Source: Histomonas meleagridis 2922-C6/04-290x (Eukaryota; Protista; Parabasalia). From it: DNA of 64,000 nt. A program made the translations under genes and the position numbers. Where the stretch lies: assembly GCA_020184695.1 (NCBI GenBank), contig JAANOX010000278.1, positions 1 to 64,000 on the forward strand. The letters are read 5' to 3'. Below the pieces are notes generated by a model. The model was not told the origin of the DNA. It searched no databases and saw only the letters and a list, made by a program, of their open reading frames with translations. Shown piece by piece: positions 35,084-46,200 of the stretch. Each line of letters opens with the position of its first letter. Position 1 is the first letter of the stretch.

Positions 35084-35938
35084 GTGTAATTCTGAGAATG
35101 AAATACGTATTGACTTTCCCATAACTATTTTTTTTTAAATAAATATTATATTATATTAGTTAAATTACTTTATTTGTTTCTTTTGCTCTGTAACTTTGTT
35201 TATGAATTAATTTTGCAAATTCTTGAGCTCATTAAATTAAATTTTAAGAGAGAAATCATAAAAGTCATAGAGAAAATATCACATGTTTGATTTAGAAGTT
35301 ATGTTGACTTTAGATTATAAAAAAAATTAGTTTCCTTTACTGCAAATTGTTTGTTAATTTACATTCCTTTTACAATACAAAAGTAAAAATAGTTGGTTTC
35401 AAATTATCCCTACACATATAATATCATTATAATGCATTTTTATCACAAAAACAAGTATTTGAAATTTACATAAGTTTTTTAAACACACTTCAAAAGAAAG
35501 AAGAAGAAATTAATCAAAATATCGTTAAACTAATATCAATTTTTATCAAACGTATATCTACAAAGAACACACAAGAATCATATTATTTAAGCGAGAAAAT
35601 GATTAAACAAAATTTAATTGAAAAAAATATCACTAAAAATATTTTGCACATTATAAAACAGAAAAAGAAAACAAAAAACAAAATCATTCAGCGTATGGGC
35701 CTAGAAATGATCCAATAGAAAAATACTTCTTGGATCATTATGAAGAACTTTCAAAGAATGATTGGGAGCTTCATAAGAAGTATGAAATGGAAATGAAGCG
35801 AGTATTGCTAATAATCAAAATGAAGATCAAATGTACGCAAAAAACATTCTAAAAAAAGTACCAAAACAAAAGTTGATACAAACATATGAAAATCATCAAA
35901 ATCGCAATATACATTATACATTAAACATAAAAACAGAT

Positions 35939-37429
35939 TTATTGATATTTCTGAATTTCAATTTGTAGCATCTGCTCAATTTCTTTCGTTTTTTGTTTAT
36001 TTTTTCTTATTTTACTTTTTATTTCGACAATTTTTTCATTTTTTATTTGCTCCAAATTTTGCACTCTTTGGTTTATAATTTTAAGTGCTTCTTCTTGTTT
36101 AATTCTTTGTTTCTCTATGAAATGTTTTTGCTGCTTTGTAGAATGTTTTATTGATGCGCACAAAGATTTTAATTTTTCTTCAATTTCATTCATTTCGTCA
36201 TCATCTTCTTTTTGAGGAATTTCTTTATTTTCTTCTTCAATTCTTTTATTTATTTCCAAAAGTTTTTGCTCTAAAATTAAATTCGTTTCTTGAAGTTTAT
36301 TAATTATTTCTTTGTTTTCGTATTTCGTTTGGTTCATATCCATCCATAATGTTTTAGATAAATTAATTTCATTTTTTAATTCTTTGATTTCTTGTTTTAT
36401 GTTTTTGATATTGTTTTTACAGTCAGAAATTTCTTTAGTGTTTTTATTAAAGTTTTGTTCGATTTTTGTTTTTGTATCAATTTCTATTTTGATTTTCATT
36501 TCTTCTTCATTTTGCGCTATTTCCATTACTTTTTGTTGTAATAATTCATTAAAGTTATTATCTAATTCTTGTTTAACTTTATTTATTATTTGTTGCTCAT
36601 ATTCAGATTTCATTTTATCTTTATCAATATGTTCAATTGAAGATTTATAATTATCTAAATGATTTCTAAGTTGATTAAGTTTTTCATTAAAAATATTTTC
36701 TTCTCGAATAATAGTGGCTTCAACTTCATCTGTAATCATTTGAATTCCATTTTCTAGATCTTGATTAATTTCATTAATCTCAGATTGAATCTTTCCTTTC
36801 CTTTGCTGGAAATTAATATTTTCTTTTTCAATCATTTTATTAAAGAGTTCATAATACTTTGCATCGCCTGATGGAACAAAAATTTGTTTGGAAAATTTTG
36901 AAAGGTTTACATTACATTCTCTTTCAATTTTCTGAAGGTTCACTTCATGTTCATTTTTCAGTTGTTCGATTTGCTTTAAATGTTCATGCTGCATTTTTTT
37001 AATCAAAAAATCAATCTTTTGTGAATACTTTTCCTTCATTTTTGCATATCTTTTTTTAAGAATGTCATCTGTTTGTTTGGAAAGATCAATTTCTTCTTGT
37101 TCTTCAATTTTAATTTCGTTTGGCGTTAAAAGCAATTGCATTTCTTTTGATAATTTGTTTAGATTGGTTGTTAATTTTTCATTTTCAACAAGTTGAATTG
37201 TTATTTTAGATTGAATTTCTGATATTTCTTTTTGATATTTATTAGCCATCTCTCTCTTTTTACGATCAAGTTTCATTTGAAACCCAATTTTTCTTTTTTG
37301 TGATTTATTTTGTAGATTTGCAATTTTATTAATATTATTCTGTATGTTTTTTTCTGTTTCTGCTATTTTTGTGCATATCAAAGACAATGCTTTTTGTGCT
37401 GATTCCATTATATCCGGCGACTTATTCAT
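35939..37429 (-). CDS. Long coiled-coil protein
   Basis: 496-aa E/K/Q/N/I-rich ORF, head-to-head with the DnaJ-like gene. Confidence 0.75.
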   Translation of the reverse strand: MNKSPDIMESAQKALSLICTKIAETEKNIQNNINKIANLQNKSQKRKIGFQMKLDRKKREMANKYQKEISEIQSKITIQLVENEKLTTNLNKLSKEMQLLLTPNEIKIEEQEEIDLSKQTDDILKKRYAKMKEKYSQKIDFLIKKMQHEHLKQIEQLKNEHEVNLQKIERECNVNLSKFSKQIFVPSGDAKYYELFNKMIEKENINFQQRKGKIQSEINEINQDLENGIQMITDEVEATIIREENIFNEKLNQLRNHLDNYKSSIEHIDKDKMKSEYEQQIINKVKQELDNNFNELLQQKVMEIAQNEEEMKIKIEIDTKTKIEQNFNKNTKEISDCKNNIKNIKQEIKELKNEINLSKTLWMDMNQTKYENKEIINKLQETNLILEQKLLEINKRIEEENKEIPQKEDDDEMNEIEEKLKSLCASIKHSTKQQKHFIEKQRIKQEEALKIINQRVQNLEQIKNEKIVEIKSKIRKNKQKTKEIEQMLQIEIQKYQ

Positions 37430-37495
37430 TTCCTTTTAAGGAAACGAACGAAAATTACAGCGACCGTTTAATGATTGGAGTTGCGACCAAACAAT

Positions 37496-38248
37496 ATGAG
37501 CGACGCGGAGAATCTCGACAGAATCATCAAAAGAATTATACGCTCAACAGATTATTATTCGATACTTTTCTTAAAAGATACATGCACTCAAGAAGAAATT
37601 GAAAGACAATACCAAGCAATTCAAAAGCTTTTAGATTCCAATCATTGCAAGCATGAACAAGCACCTGAAGCACTCGAAAAAGCTACCAAAGCATATTTAA
37701 CATTACATGATCCAGAATCACGTCAAACTTATAACCAAAATCGTCCACCAAAGCAAGAACCAAGACAAAACAACATTGGTATCTTTGATTTACTTTTTGG
37801 TGATCCAGTTAGAAATGTAAGAAGATACAATCGTAACAATAATAATCAAAGTAATTCATTTTGTGGCAAGTTTTCGAAATTTTTAATCATCGTAGTTATT
37901 ATTGTTGCTCCCCTTCTTACTAATGAATTAGTTTTTTCAGGTGTCAGGGAAATATTTTCGAATCCCATATCTCGCAAAAACCTCAAAGGCATTATTTCAT
38001 TTGACTCAATACCTGATTCCAGAAAGAGGAAGACACACAGTTACCGTGCACCTTACTACATTCCAAATTGGTGGGTGTCGCAATATATCGAACAGAATAA
38101 TATGAGAAAACGCGTCAAAGATATGGACAAACTTGCGGATAAACTCTATGCTGAAGAGTTGGAAATCAGATGTGAGCTTGAAAAGAACAGGATTGGGCAT
38201 GAAGGGTCACAATGCTCTGAGAAAAAGAGAATACTTAAAGAAGAATAA
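37496..38248 (+). CDS. DNAJB12/14-like J-domain membrane protein with degenerate HPD
   Basis: DYYSIL...AYLTLHDPESRQTY J-domain, single TM and a C-terminal region resembling DUF1977. The HPD position reads LDS. Confidence 0.7.
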   Translation: MSDAENLDRIIKRIIRSTDYYSILFLKDTCTQEEIERQYQAIQKLLDSNHCKHEQAPEALEKATKAYLTLHDPESRQTYNQNRPPKQEPRQNNIGIFDLLFGDPVRNVRRYNRNNNNQSNSFCGKFSKFLIIVVIIVAPLLTNELVFSGVREIFSNPISRKNLKGIISFDSIPDSRKRKTHSYRAPYYIPNWWVSQYIEQNNMRKRVKDMDKLADKLYAEELEIRCELEKNRIGHEGSQCSEKKRILKEE

Positions 38249-38559
38249 TTTTCTTATTTTATTTTTTTGTGTCACATTAAATCGTTTTAATGTTTTGGTA
38301 TAACATTCGATTTCAATTACGTTAATGTTTTCTTTACAAGTTTTATCTCAGTAAATCACTGGAATATGAAAACAGGTTTACTTAGTTATTTCATTTTGGT
38401 AAAACGAATTAAAACATGTAACAAAACTTTTGCAGCCTTTCTCGAATACATTTATATGTTCGCACACTTTCGTTTTAATTTGCACTTCATAAATATGTTC
38501 CGCTTTGATTGACATTTGGGTAAAAACGAATTTGAATCTATTCAAAATATTTACAAAAA

Positions 38560-41500
38560 TTATTTTATCTTCGGAAACGTAATGTGCACTCTTGCTGCTG
38601 CGCTCCTCAGCTCGCGGAATATTTCTTCCATTAGCTCCTTCGCGCTTTGCTTTGCCTTTGGGTTCATTGCTGTCCACAACTTTCCGATATTCTTCACGTC
38701 GCTAATCAGCTCCGGCAAAGTTCGATAGTATTCGTTTTCCATTCTCGCGGACAAAATGTTTAAGTCCATTGGCTTTAAAGCCTTTGCAATTAACTTGCTT
38801 TCCTTGAACCGTTTATTAACCGCCGTAAACATAGAAAATTCTTTGGCCTTTGAAATCTTCTGAATTATCCCGGCGGTTTGCGCACAAAATTTCTGAGCTT
38901 GTGTCAGGCAGTTCCTCTTTTGCGGCAGAACAATGTCCCACGGGCTGATGACCAATGGCATCGGGTCATGATCAATTGTTAGCGATTCATATGGGTCTTC
39001 TTCCCAATCATCTCTAATGCCTGTGATACAACTATTGAAAATTTCTTCATCTGATTTAATGTGTTCAATGTCTCGTCCAATAGTTAACGTTCGACAACAT
39101 CGAATAGATGTGTCAAACGTGGTCTTTAATATGATGAATGGTGGCGAAAGTGGTAAAGGATAATAGACATTACATTTGATGGTTTGTCGTGAATTCAATT
39201 TGATCGATAGTGTAAGCAAAAGTGAAGTGACCATAAACTCTGTATCGGAGACGATACAGTGAATAAACTCTGGTAAGTTTTTGATTCGTTTATACGGTGG
39301 CTCAAAAGTGTCGACTTTACACTCTTCAGCAAACTTTTTGTGCGCTTTACGTATGTAAATCACTTCATCGCCTTTTTGTGGTATAAACGTTTTCTGTTTT
39401 TGTTTGTCTATATAAACCCAATCGTCGAATTTCAATGGAATTTCATCGTCTTCGTCTTCAATTGGCTCATCGTCTTCTTCTTTAGGCTTTGTTTTACGTG
39501 TTAACTTCGGCGGAGGCGATATTCGTCGTGATAGAAGTGACGTCCGTTTGGTGCTTTGTTTCCTTTTGTTTCGTTTGACTTTCTCAGGTGAATACTTCCG
39601 AGAGACAATTGATTTCCTTGTTGAGTACTTTGCAATTTGTTCGATTTCCTTATCACTTTTCGTGTCACGCTTTGAATTCGGCGGACTTGTTCGAGATTTA
39701 CGTACATAATTCCGCTTCTTTCGGGGAGAAGTCTCTGCGTCTTTTGAAGTGTCTTCGATTTTAGTCCTTTTATGTCGACCATGTTTACGCTTTTTGCGTG
39801 GAGGAGGCGAAAATGAACGTGGCTGAACAGTACGTCTTCCAGTTAATATTAATCTTTGTTGTTGATCTTGTTCTTCATTTTCGTTTTTGTCTATTTGTTC
39901 AAGGTCAAATATACTAATGGAATGTCGAGTTGACATTCGACTGTTAAGTATTGAGAAATTACTATCTTCATTTTCATTTGTAATGTTTTCGTTTTGGTTG
40001 GTCTGTGACTCATTATCTTCATCGTTCGTTTGCTCAGTACTAAATTTTTCTTTATCAACTTTTTTCCATTTTCTTAATAATTCCTTTTCTTGAATAATCA
40101 TATAACTTGAGATCTGTGGTGGGTTAATATCTATTCTAATGTCTTGAAGATTCACACGCTCTGGTTGTGGTACTAAAGCTTCGCCTTGTGCATCATATAT
40201 AATTCGATTGCTGTGATCGTTAACATGCGTATCGTTCAATTCAAAATCAAAAAATTCTGTTAACGATACAAATTTGCTGTGAGTGAAACCGTAAAATGTA
40301 AAACCGCCCAAAGAGTCAGCGGCTATAACGTACTGTCCATCGTTCGACCAAATACTTTCTGTGAGTTTTGCGGTTTCATTGAATTGTAGTGCAACGATAA
40401 TGTTGCCCAACTTGGTGTCCCATATCGAAGAGCGCCCATTAGAACAACCTATGAATGCTACGTTTGGCATATATGGGTGCATTGACAATACTGTGCAATG
40501 TTCTGTAAATATTGGGTGTGATACAGATGTAATTAATTTTTTTGTATGAAGATCCCAACAAAAAATAGTATTTGATGAAATTGCTACTAAATTTGTTTCA
40601 TCACAATTCATGTAACATTTGACCACACGCATTTTTTGACCAGTTGGACATCGTAATGAAAATGATTGTTCTAATTCCCATAAATTATTCTTAGCTGTCC
40701 ATAGCTTGACTGACTTTTCTTTAGTGGAATAACTGATTATGTTATTACATGAAAGTTTTGAGAAGAATAAATAATCCGGTAAATTTTGATGACCACTTAA
40801 TGTAATAGTTTCATGTTTTGTCATCGAAAAGATACATACATCTGAGGGCTCACTAGAAAATGACAAAAATTCACCGCCGGGTGAAAAACTTACCCATGCG
40901 CTAGCTTGTCCTGATGGCGTAATAATTCGATGATACAAAGAATAATCCGATGTGTTAAAGATGTCTACAGCTCCTTCTTCAAGGGCCGCAGCTAAAAATT
41001 CGCCATTCGGCGAAAAGCGTATCGAGTGAACTTCACTTTGGAATTCAATTTTCTTTATGAGACTGCCGTCGTGGAGCGAGTTAATTGTGATGGTAAAGTC
41101 ATGAGAGCTTGCTGCAAAGACTTGGTTTGATGGACTGATTTGGATATCTGTTATGACGTTGAGATGGGTATTGATTGTATCAATTAACGTCATCGAAGGG
41201 ATTTTCCAGATTTTAATAAGAGAATCATCAGCGCCAGTAATTAGAAGTTGTGATGTCGCATCAACAGCTAAACAAAATACAAAATCAAAATGTCCAGTAA
41301 CCCTTATTATTGGTGACATTTGGGTGATTTGTGTTTGATAAAATGGGAGATTGGATGATAATGCTTGTGGGATCGTTAATGGCTCTTTTAAGGTTGATGT
41401 ATTGACAAATAATGAAGGCTGATGGGATTTGGGACATGTCATTCGAACAATTCGTAATAGTTGATCATCTGGAATTCCGGGAAGTGCTGTTTTCTCGAGT

Positions 41501-41667
41501 TGTTCAAAAGAAGGTTTCGAACAAAAAACTGATGATGGAAATTTATTTTGAATTTCGCATTGATGAATGAAATCTTCTGCTATTTCTGGAAAGTTAGAGC
41601 GAAGAAGTTTAGCCATTAGGAAATATAATTCCCTTTTTAGCGAATCATCATTCATTAATACTGACAT
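38560..41667 (-). CDS. BRWD/PHIP-like WD40 plus bromodomain protein
   Basis: RELYFLMAKLL, WD40 repeats (GHFDFVFC...TGADDSLIKIW), FIPQKGDEVIY, ISPWDI and PMDLNIL...NEYYR. Confidence 0.85.
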   Translation of the reverse strand: MSVLMNDDSLKRELYFLMAKLLRSNFPEIAEDFIHQCEIQNKFPSSVFCSKPSFEQLEKTALPGIPDDQLLRIVRMTCPKSHQPSLFVNTSTLKEPLTIPQALSSNLPFYQTQITQMSPIIRVTGHFDFVFCLAVDATSQLLITGADDSLIKIWKIPSMTLIDTINTHLNVITDIQISPSNQVFAASSHDFTITINSLHDGSLIKKIEFQSEVHSIRFSPNGEFLAAALEEGAVDIFNTSDYSLYHRIITPSGQASAWVSFSPGGEFLSFSSEPSDVCIFSMTKHETITLSGHQNLPDYLFFSKLSCNNIISYSTKEKSVKLWTAKNNLWELEQSFSLRCPTGQKMRVVKCYMNCDETNLVAISSNTIFCWDLHTKKLITSVSHPIFTEHCTVLSMHPYMPNVAFIGCSNGRSSIWDTKLGNIIVALQFNETAKLTESIWSNDGQYVIAADSLGGFTFYGFTHSKFVSLTEFFDFELNDTHVNDHSNRIIYDAQGEALVPQPERVNLQDIRIDINPPQISSYMIIQEKELLRKWKKVDKEKFSTEQTNDEDNESQTNQNENITNENEDSNFSILNSRMSTRHSISIFDLEQIDKNENEEQDQQQRLILTGRRTVQPRSFSPPPRKKRKHGRHKRTKIEDTSKDAETSPRKKRNYVRKSRTSPPNSKRDTKSDKEIEQIAKYSTRKSIVSRKYSPEKVKRNKRKQSTKRTSLLSRRISPPPKLTRKTKPKEEDDEPIEDEDDEIPLKFDDWVYIDKQKQKTFIPQKGDEVIYIRKAHKKFAEECKVDTFEPPYKRIKNLPEFIHCIVSDTEFMVTSLLLTLSIKLNSRQTIKCNVYYPLPLSPPFIILKTTFDTSIRCCRTLTIGRDIEHIKSDEEIFNSCITGIRDDWEEDPYESLTIDHDPMPLVISPWDIVLPQKRNCLTQAQKFCAQTAGIIQKISKAKEFSMFTAVNKRFKESKLIAKALKPMDLNILSARMENEYYRTLPELISDVKNIGKLWTAMNPKAKQSAKELMEEIFRELRSAAARVHITFPKIK

Positions 41668-42193
41668 GTGATATGAAATTTGGCTTGATGCGTTTTATTT
41701 TGATGCAAAGACAACAAAAAAAAATGTTTTATTTATAAAATCAATATAATTTGCATAAAGAATTTGTTAGATTTTCATGGCTATTGTTTTGTTTTGGGAA
41801 TAATTCCAATAACTCAATCTCATGGAGAAGAATAAAATATTTAAACGGTCTCTAGAAGGAGTGAACTGGAGCTATTTCACATATTTTTTTTCGTTAATCA
41901 TTTTTTTCTTGTTTTTTCCCATACTCATTGATATAATAAGGTATTATTACAGACAATAAAGGCTCTTTTTTGGCCAAACTAACTCATTTTTAACGTACAA
42001 TTTTTTCAAGACCTTGAAAGGTGATCACCTATTTCGACCGTTACCTATAGTGTTTTGTGATAGACACTTTTTGTAAATAACTCAAAAAAGCGCGGTATTA
42101 ATAAATAATGTCAATTTATCACCATAAATATTAAATGTAAATTTTTACTTTTTTGTTACATTTATTTCGTAAAATGGCGGGGTGGTTTTAAGC

Positions 42194-42198
42194 TCATT
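42194..42198 (+). promoter_or_regulatory. Initiator (Inr) TCATT of histone H3
   Basis: Matches the trichomonad Inr consensus; starts 12 nt upstream of the ATG. Confidence 0.65.
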
Positions 42199-42205
42199 TT
42201 ATTTA

Positions 42206-42622
42206 ATGGCACGCACAAAACAGACAGCACGTAAATCTACTGGTGGTAAGACACCACGTAAATCACTCGGTGCTAAGGCAGCTCGTAAGTCAACACCAGT
42301 TGTTGATTCACAAGGTGCTAAGAAGCAACATCGTTTCAGACCAGGTACAGTTGCTCTTCGTGAAATTCGTAAATACCAAAAGAGCACAGATCTTTTAATC
42401 AGAAAGCTTCCATTCCAACGTCTTGTTCGTGAAATCGCATCTGGTTTCCGTGGTGATCTTCGTTTCCAATCATCAGCAATTGCAGCTCTTCAAGAAGCAT
42501 CTGAAGCTTATCTTGTTGGTCTCTTTGAAGATACAAACCTTTGCGCCATTCATGCAAACCGTGTTACAATCATGGAACGTGATGTTCAACTTGCACAAAG
42601 AATTCGTGGCGAACGTAATTAA
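42206..42622 (+). CDS. H3: Histone H3 (trichomonad type)
   Basis: [19 protein letters not shown]...[19 protein letters not shown]...RIRGERN. Confidence 0.99.
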   Translation: MARTKQTARKSTGGKTPRKSLGAKAARKSTPVVDSQGAKKQHRFRPGTVALREIRKYQKSTDLLIRKLPFQRLVREIASGFRGDLRFQSSAIAALQEASEAYLVGLFEDTNLCAIHANRVTIMERDVQLAQRIRGERN

Positions 42623-43329
42623 ACATAAAATATTTTTAATTCTTGCAGGTTATTATAATTATGATTTTTGGCAATGAAACAGATTTATCTTATTGCTTAA
42701 TTTTTCAGGAACTTTTTAGCTGTGAATCATTATCAGATGACTTATTTTTGGCACATATTAAGGAACCTCCAATGGAGAAAGTTAAGTTTTTCGTTAAAGC
42801 TTTGAAAGACAACGCAGACAGTGATTTGAAATCACTTATTGAAAATAAAAGAAGTCGGGAGTTTAACCCTTCGCCACTAGTAATTTTCGACTACAACGAA
42901 AGCCCCATCAATTTTCGTTCTAAGACTTTATTCAAAACAAATCAAGTTGTTATTACAAATTTAAATCATACTCAATAATTTTTTTCATAAACCTTTCCAA
43001 AACAGCCACAATAAAACCACATACAGTGGTACCACAAACAATATTATGGATGTAATGTGGATATTTTGCATGAATCTACGTAGATATTATATGTTTAACT
43101 CTTGATAATAAAATAACTATCATCAAAAATAAAATAAATACGTGAGCCTACATCTTTTTTCCTTTTCTGAAGCATATTACAAATTTCAATTAAATAAATT
43201 TATTTAATATTCTAAATAAAAGACTATCTTTACAAGTAATAATTTTAAAGTATATCAAACAACTTTAAAGAATACTTGTTGGATTTCTTGTTTGCATCGA
43301 GAATTAATATGACTACAAAACAGAGAATA

Positions 43330-43385
43330 AACGGTCGAACGATGTGGATTTATTAGACGGTTATGAACGGTTTGGCCGTTCCTTT
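43330..43385 (+). promoter_or_regulatory. M3 (Myb-like RACGGTT) repeats plus M5 (CCTTT) core promoter of eS26
   Basis: AACGGT 43330, GACGGTT 43356, AACGGTT 43366 and CCTTT 43381, 10 nt before the ATG. This M3/M5 layout is described for T. vaginalis promoters. Confidence 0.6.
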
Positions 43386-43390
43386 TCCTC

Positions 43391-43738
43391 ATGCCACAAA
43401 AGAGAAGAAATTGCGGACGCTCAAAAATGAACGCTGGACGCAAGAAGATTGTTAACTGCATGAACTGCGGCCGTATGGTACCACGTGATAAGGCCATAAA
43501 GCGTTTCATGACAAAGAACATGGTTGACAGTTCATCAGCTAAGGATGTTATGGATGCATCCATTTACAAGGAATACGAATTCCCAAAGACCTACCAAAAG
43601 TGTTTCTATTGTGTTTCATGTGCATGCCATCGTCGTATTGTTCGTGTTCGCAATGCCAACCTTCGTCACGTTCGTGTACCATTTTTCTTAAAGCAACAAC
43701 GTGAACGTGCTGAAGGTCGCCAACAAAAACAAGAATAA
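43391..43738 (+). CDS. RPS26: 40S ribosomal protein eS26
   Basis: MPQKRRNCGR...CMNCGRMVPRDKAIKRF...YCVSCACH. Confidence 0.97.
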   Translation: MPQKRRNCGRSKMNAGRKKIVNCMNCGRMVPRDKAIKRFMTKNMVDSSSAKDVMDASIYKEYEFPKTYQKCFYCVSCACHRRIVRVRNANLRHVRVPFFLKQQRERAEGRQQKQE

Positions 43739-44334
43739 ATCATTATTTCGAATCACTTTCTTATTTTATCTTGTAATATTCCCTCAATTAAAATATGAAA
43801 AACTTTTAAATATAAGGTCAAATTTCAGGGAAGAATATGTAAGTAATCAACTTTTTTTGAATTTGAAATTTCAAATGAATTTCAGAAATTTGGATTTTAC
43901 ATTTTTACTTATATGAAAATTGATTGTCTTTATACAATAGTGTAATGTTGTAAGAAGATACTGTTCGTTTTTTAATTATACTTTCAAAATATTAAAATCA
44001 GAAAAACTTGGATAAAACACAACTCGATTTTACACTGCTTCTAATTGTCATTTTCATTTGGATACTAAATTTGAAAAAATTTGATCATGCTGCATTTCGA
44101 AATTTTATGATACTTTCAAAAACTTTATGGCTTATATAATTTTTCAAAAAAAATTAATCATTTTGTTTATATTTAGGAATCTCATATCAGATTTTATCAA
44201 TTTGTTTCCAAAAAATCAATTTATCCTAGAAAACGTTTAAACATCTGAAACGAACTTTTTGAATGAAAATTTTGTGATGTGATGCATGGATGATAATTTG
44301 TTCACATTCATGAAATTCCTTAAAAATTTTTTAC

Positions 44335-44916
44335 TCAGCAGCTACACCCGGATTTGTTTGTGTTTGAAGTATATTGAGTAGGTGGAGGTAATGGGTTTTT
44401 GACTCCACGTCTGAAAATTTGTGTAGCAACTCTAACAAATGCTTCACGAACATTTGTTCCATCAGCAGCAGATGTTTCCAAATATGTAATTTGCTGTTGT
44501 TGTGCAAGCTGTTCTGCCTCAGCAAGAGTTATAACTCTTTTACTTGCTAAATCAGCTTTATTTCCAACTAAAAGAATAACAGCTGTTGGATCGCATAGCG
44601 ACCTAACGTCGGTAAGCCACATGTTAACTTCGTTAAATGATTTTCTTTCGGTAATATCAAAAGCAAGAATAACGCCAATTGCATTTCTGAAATATGCCTT
44701 AGCAATGGACCTAAAGCGTTCCTGGCCGGCAGTATCCCAAATTTGTAATTTAACTTGTTGGTTATCAATATCAATTATAGTTGAATCAAATTCAACACCA
44801 ATTGTTGATTGCGATTGTTGCTTAAATGTGTTTTCAGTGAGTCTTTTTAGAAGGGCTGTTTTCCCAACGCCACTCGAACCAATGATAATGAATTTATAGC
44901 TGAGCAAAGTTGACAT
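44335..44916 (-). CDS. Rab GTPase (Rab2/4/11/14-like)
   Basis: GSSGVGKT, TIGVEF, WDTAGQERF, NKAD, ETSA and a C-terminal CSC prenylation motif. Confidence 0.97.
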   Translation of the reverse strand: MSTLLSYKFIIIGSSGVGKTALLKRLTENTFKQQSQSTIGVEFDSTIIDIDNQQVKLQIWDTAGQERFRSIAKAYFRNAIGVILAFDITERKSFNEVNMWLTDVRSLCDPTAVILLVGNKADLASKRVITLAEAEQLAQQQQITYLETSAADGTNVREAFVRVATQIFRRGVKNPLPPPTQYTSNTNKSGCSC

Positions 44917-46200
44917 TTACAAAATTGGATATACTGACCAAGTAAACTCAGAAATTGTTTGTGAATGACCTAACGATAGAGAAAAACCGCCAAAAATTTT
45001 TATACATAAAAAATGAGTATTTTCATAAAAAACATAATAATAGCAGTTTAAAAATCTTGGCAAGACTACCAATGATTGAATGCATTTGTAATAAACGAAA
45101 AAAAATTGATGAATTTTTACTTAGAGCAATCTAAACTCAAGCATCTTGGTGACAAGGAAATTGACTGATAATTGAATAGAAACGTTTGTTTTCTACTCAA
45201 TTTTTATGTTGTATGAATGAAACTGTACACACCAATAAAAATATAATCAAACACATTTAAATACATATAATCATTATCACACAACTCATACAAAGTTTAG
45301 TAGTGTGATAAATACAGAATTATTATGAGAAATGATCGATATTTTCAGCTGTGTGTTTTATCAGCTTTTGAGGGGCATATTTTATAAGCAAAAATAGAAA
45401 ACAATAATTTATATTTATTATTAATATCTTATTTGTATTCATAGGGTAATGCTTCGATATTCACATTTATGAGTAAAGAAAAGTGTCAACAGATGGTGTC
45501 ACTTTTGTCTCTTCGATAGCAAATTTCCAATTAAAAAATTTTAATAATTTTTGAGGTGCATCTTCATTCCATCATGCAAAAAAAAAAAAAAAAAAAATCA
45601 GGAAAATTTGAAAAAACTCATTAATTAAAGTTAAAAAACCATTAATATGTATGAGAAAGAAAAAATAAAACACCAAAATAGCATAGATAATTGTTTCTTT
45701 TTCTTTGGCATTCATAACTCGGTGGATTCTTGCCGGTTATGCTCCAGAACTTGCATTCTCTGTAATAAAAATTGTCAGCAAAATTGTGACCAAATATAAT
45801 TTGAAAAACTTCATTGATTATATTTGACTTTAAATGTCGGTTTGTCATCCAAAGCCTCATAAAAATTCTGCAGGCAAAAGAAAAATTGCCGCACATAAAA
45901 AGGGGTTAGAAAAATTATGCAAAAATAATCGTATCGTCATTGACAGAAACAAATTCATTTAAAAAGTGAACAATATCTGTACTTCTCAATGCATTAATAC
46001 CCATTTATATTAATGAAATCTTGTGCAAAAATCATCCAAATCAATTTCTTTTTTAAAAATTTTAATCTTTTGCACTCTCATTAATACAAAATAACAAAAA
46101 TTTGATTTCTGTCATCAATGTCAAAAATGTTTCCACACAATTTTTCGAACATTGAATTCCAATATTGACGTTTTTAACCCCCGATCTCTATTCAAGATCA

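Noticed and set aside
35560-35900. Coding-like remnant (GPRNDPIEKYFLDHYEELSKNDWEL) on the plus strand
   Set aside because: Broken frames and no recognisable family; cannot be assigned.
42643-42978. 111-codon ORF downstream of H3
   Set aside because: No recognisable domain and no clear start context; could be a gene fragment or chance.
43255-44899. Antisense and alternate-frame ORFs over RPS26 and Rab, and likewise over H3, adaptin, BRWD and the Thr-rich gene
   Set aside because: Shadow ORFs of well-supported genes with no independent motifs.
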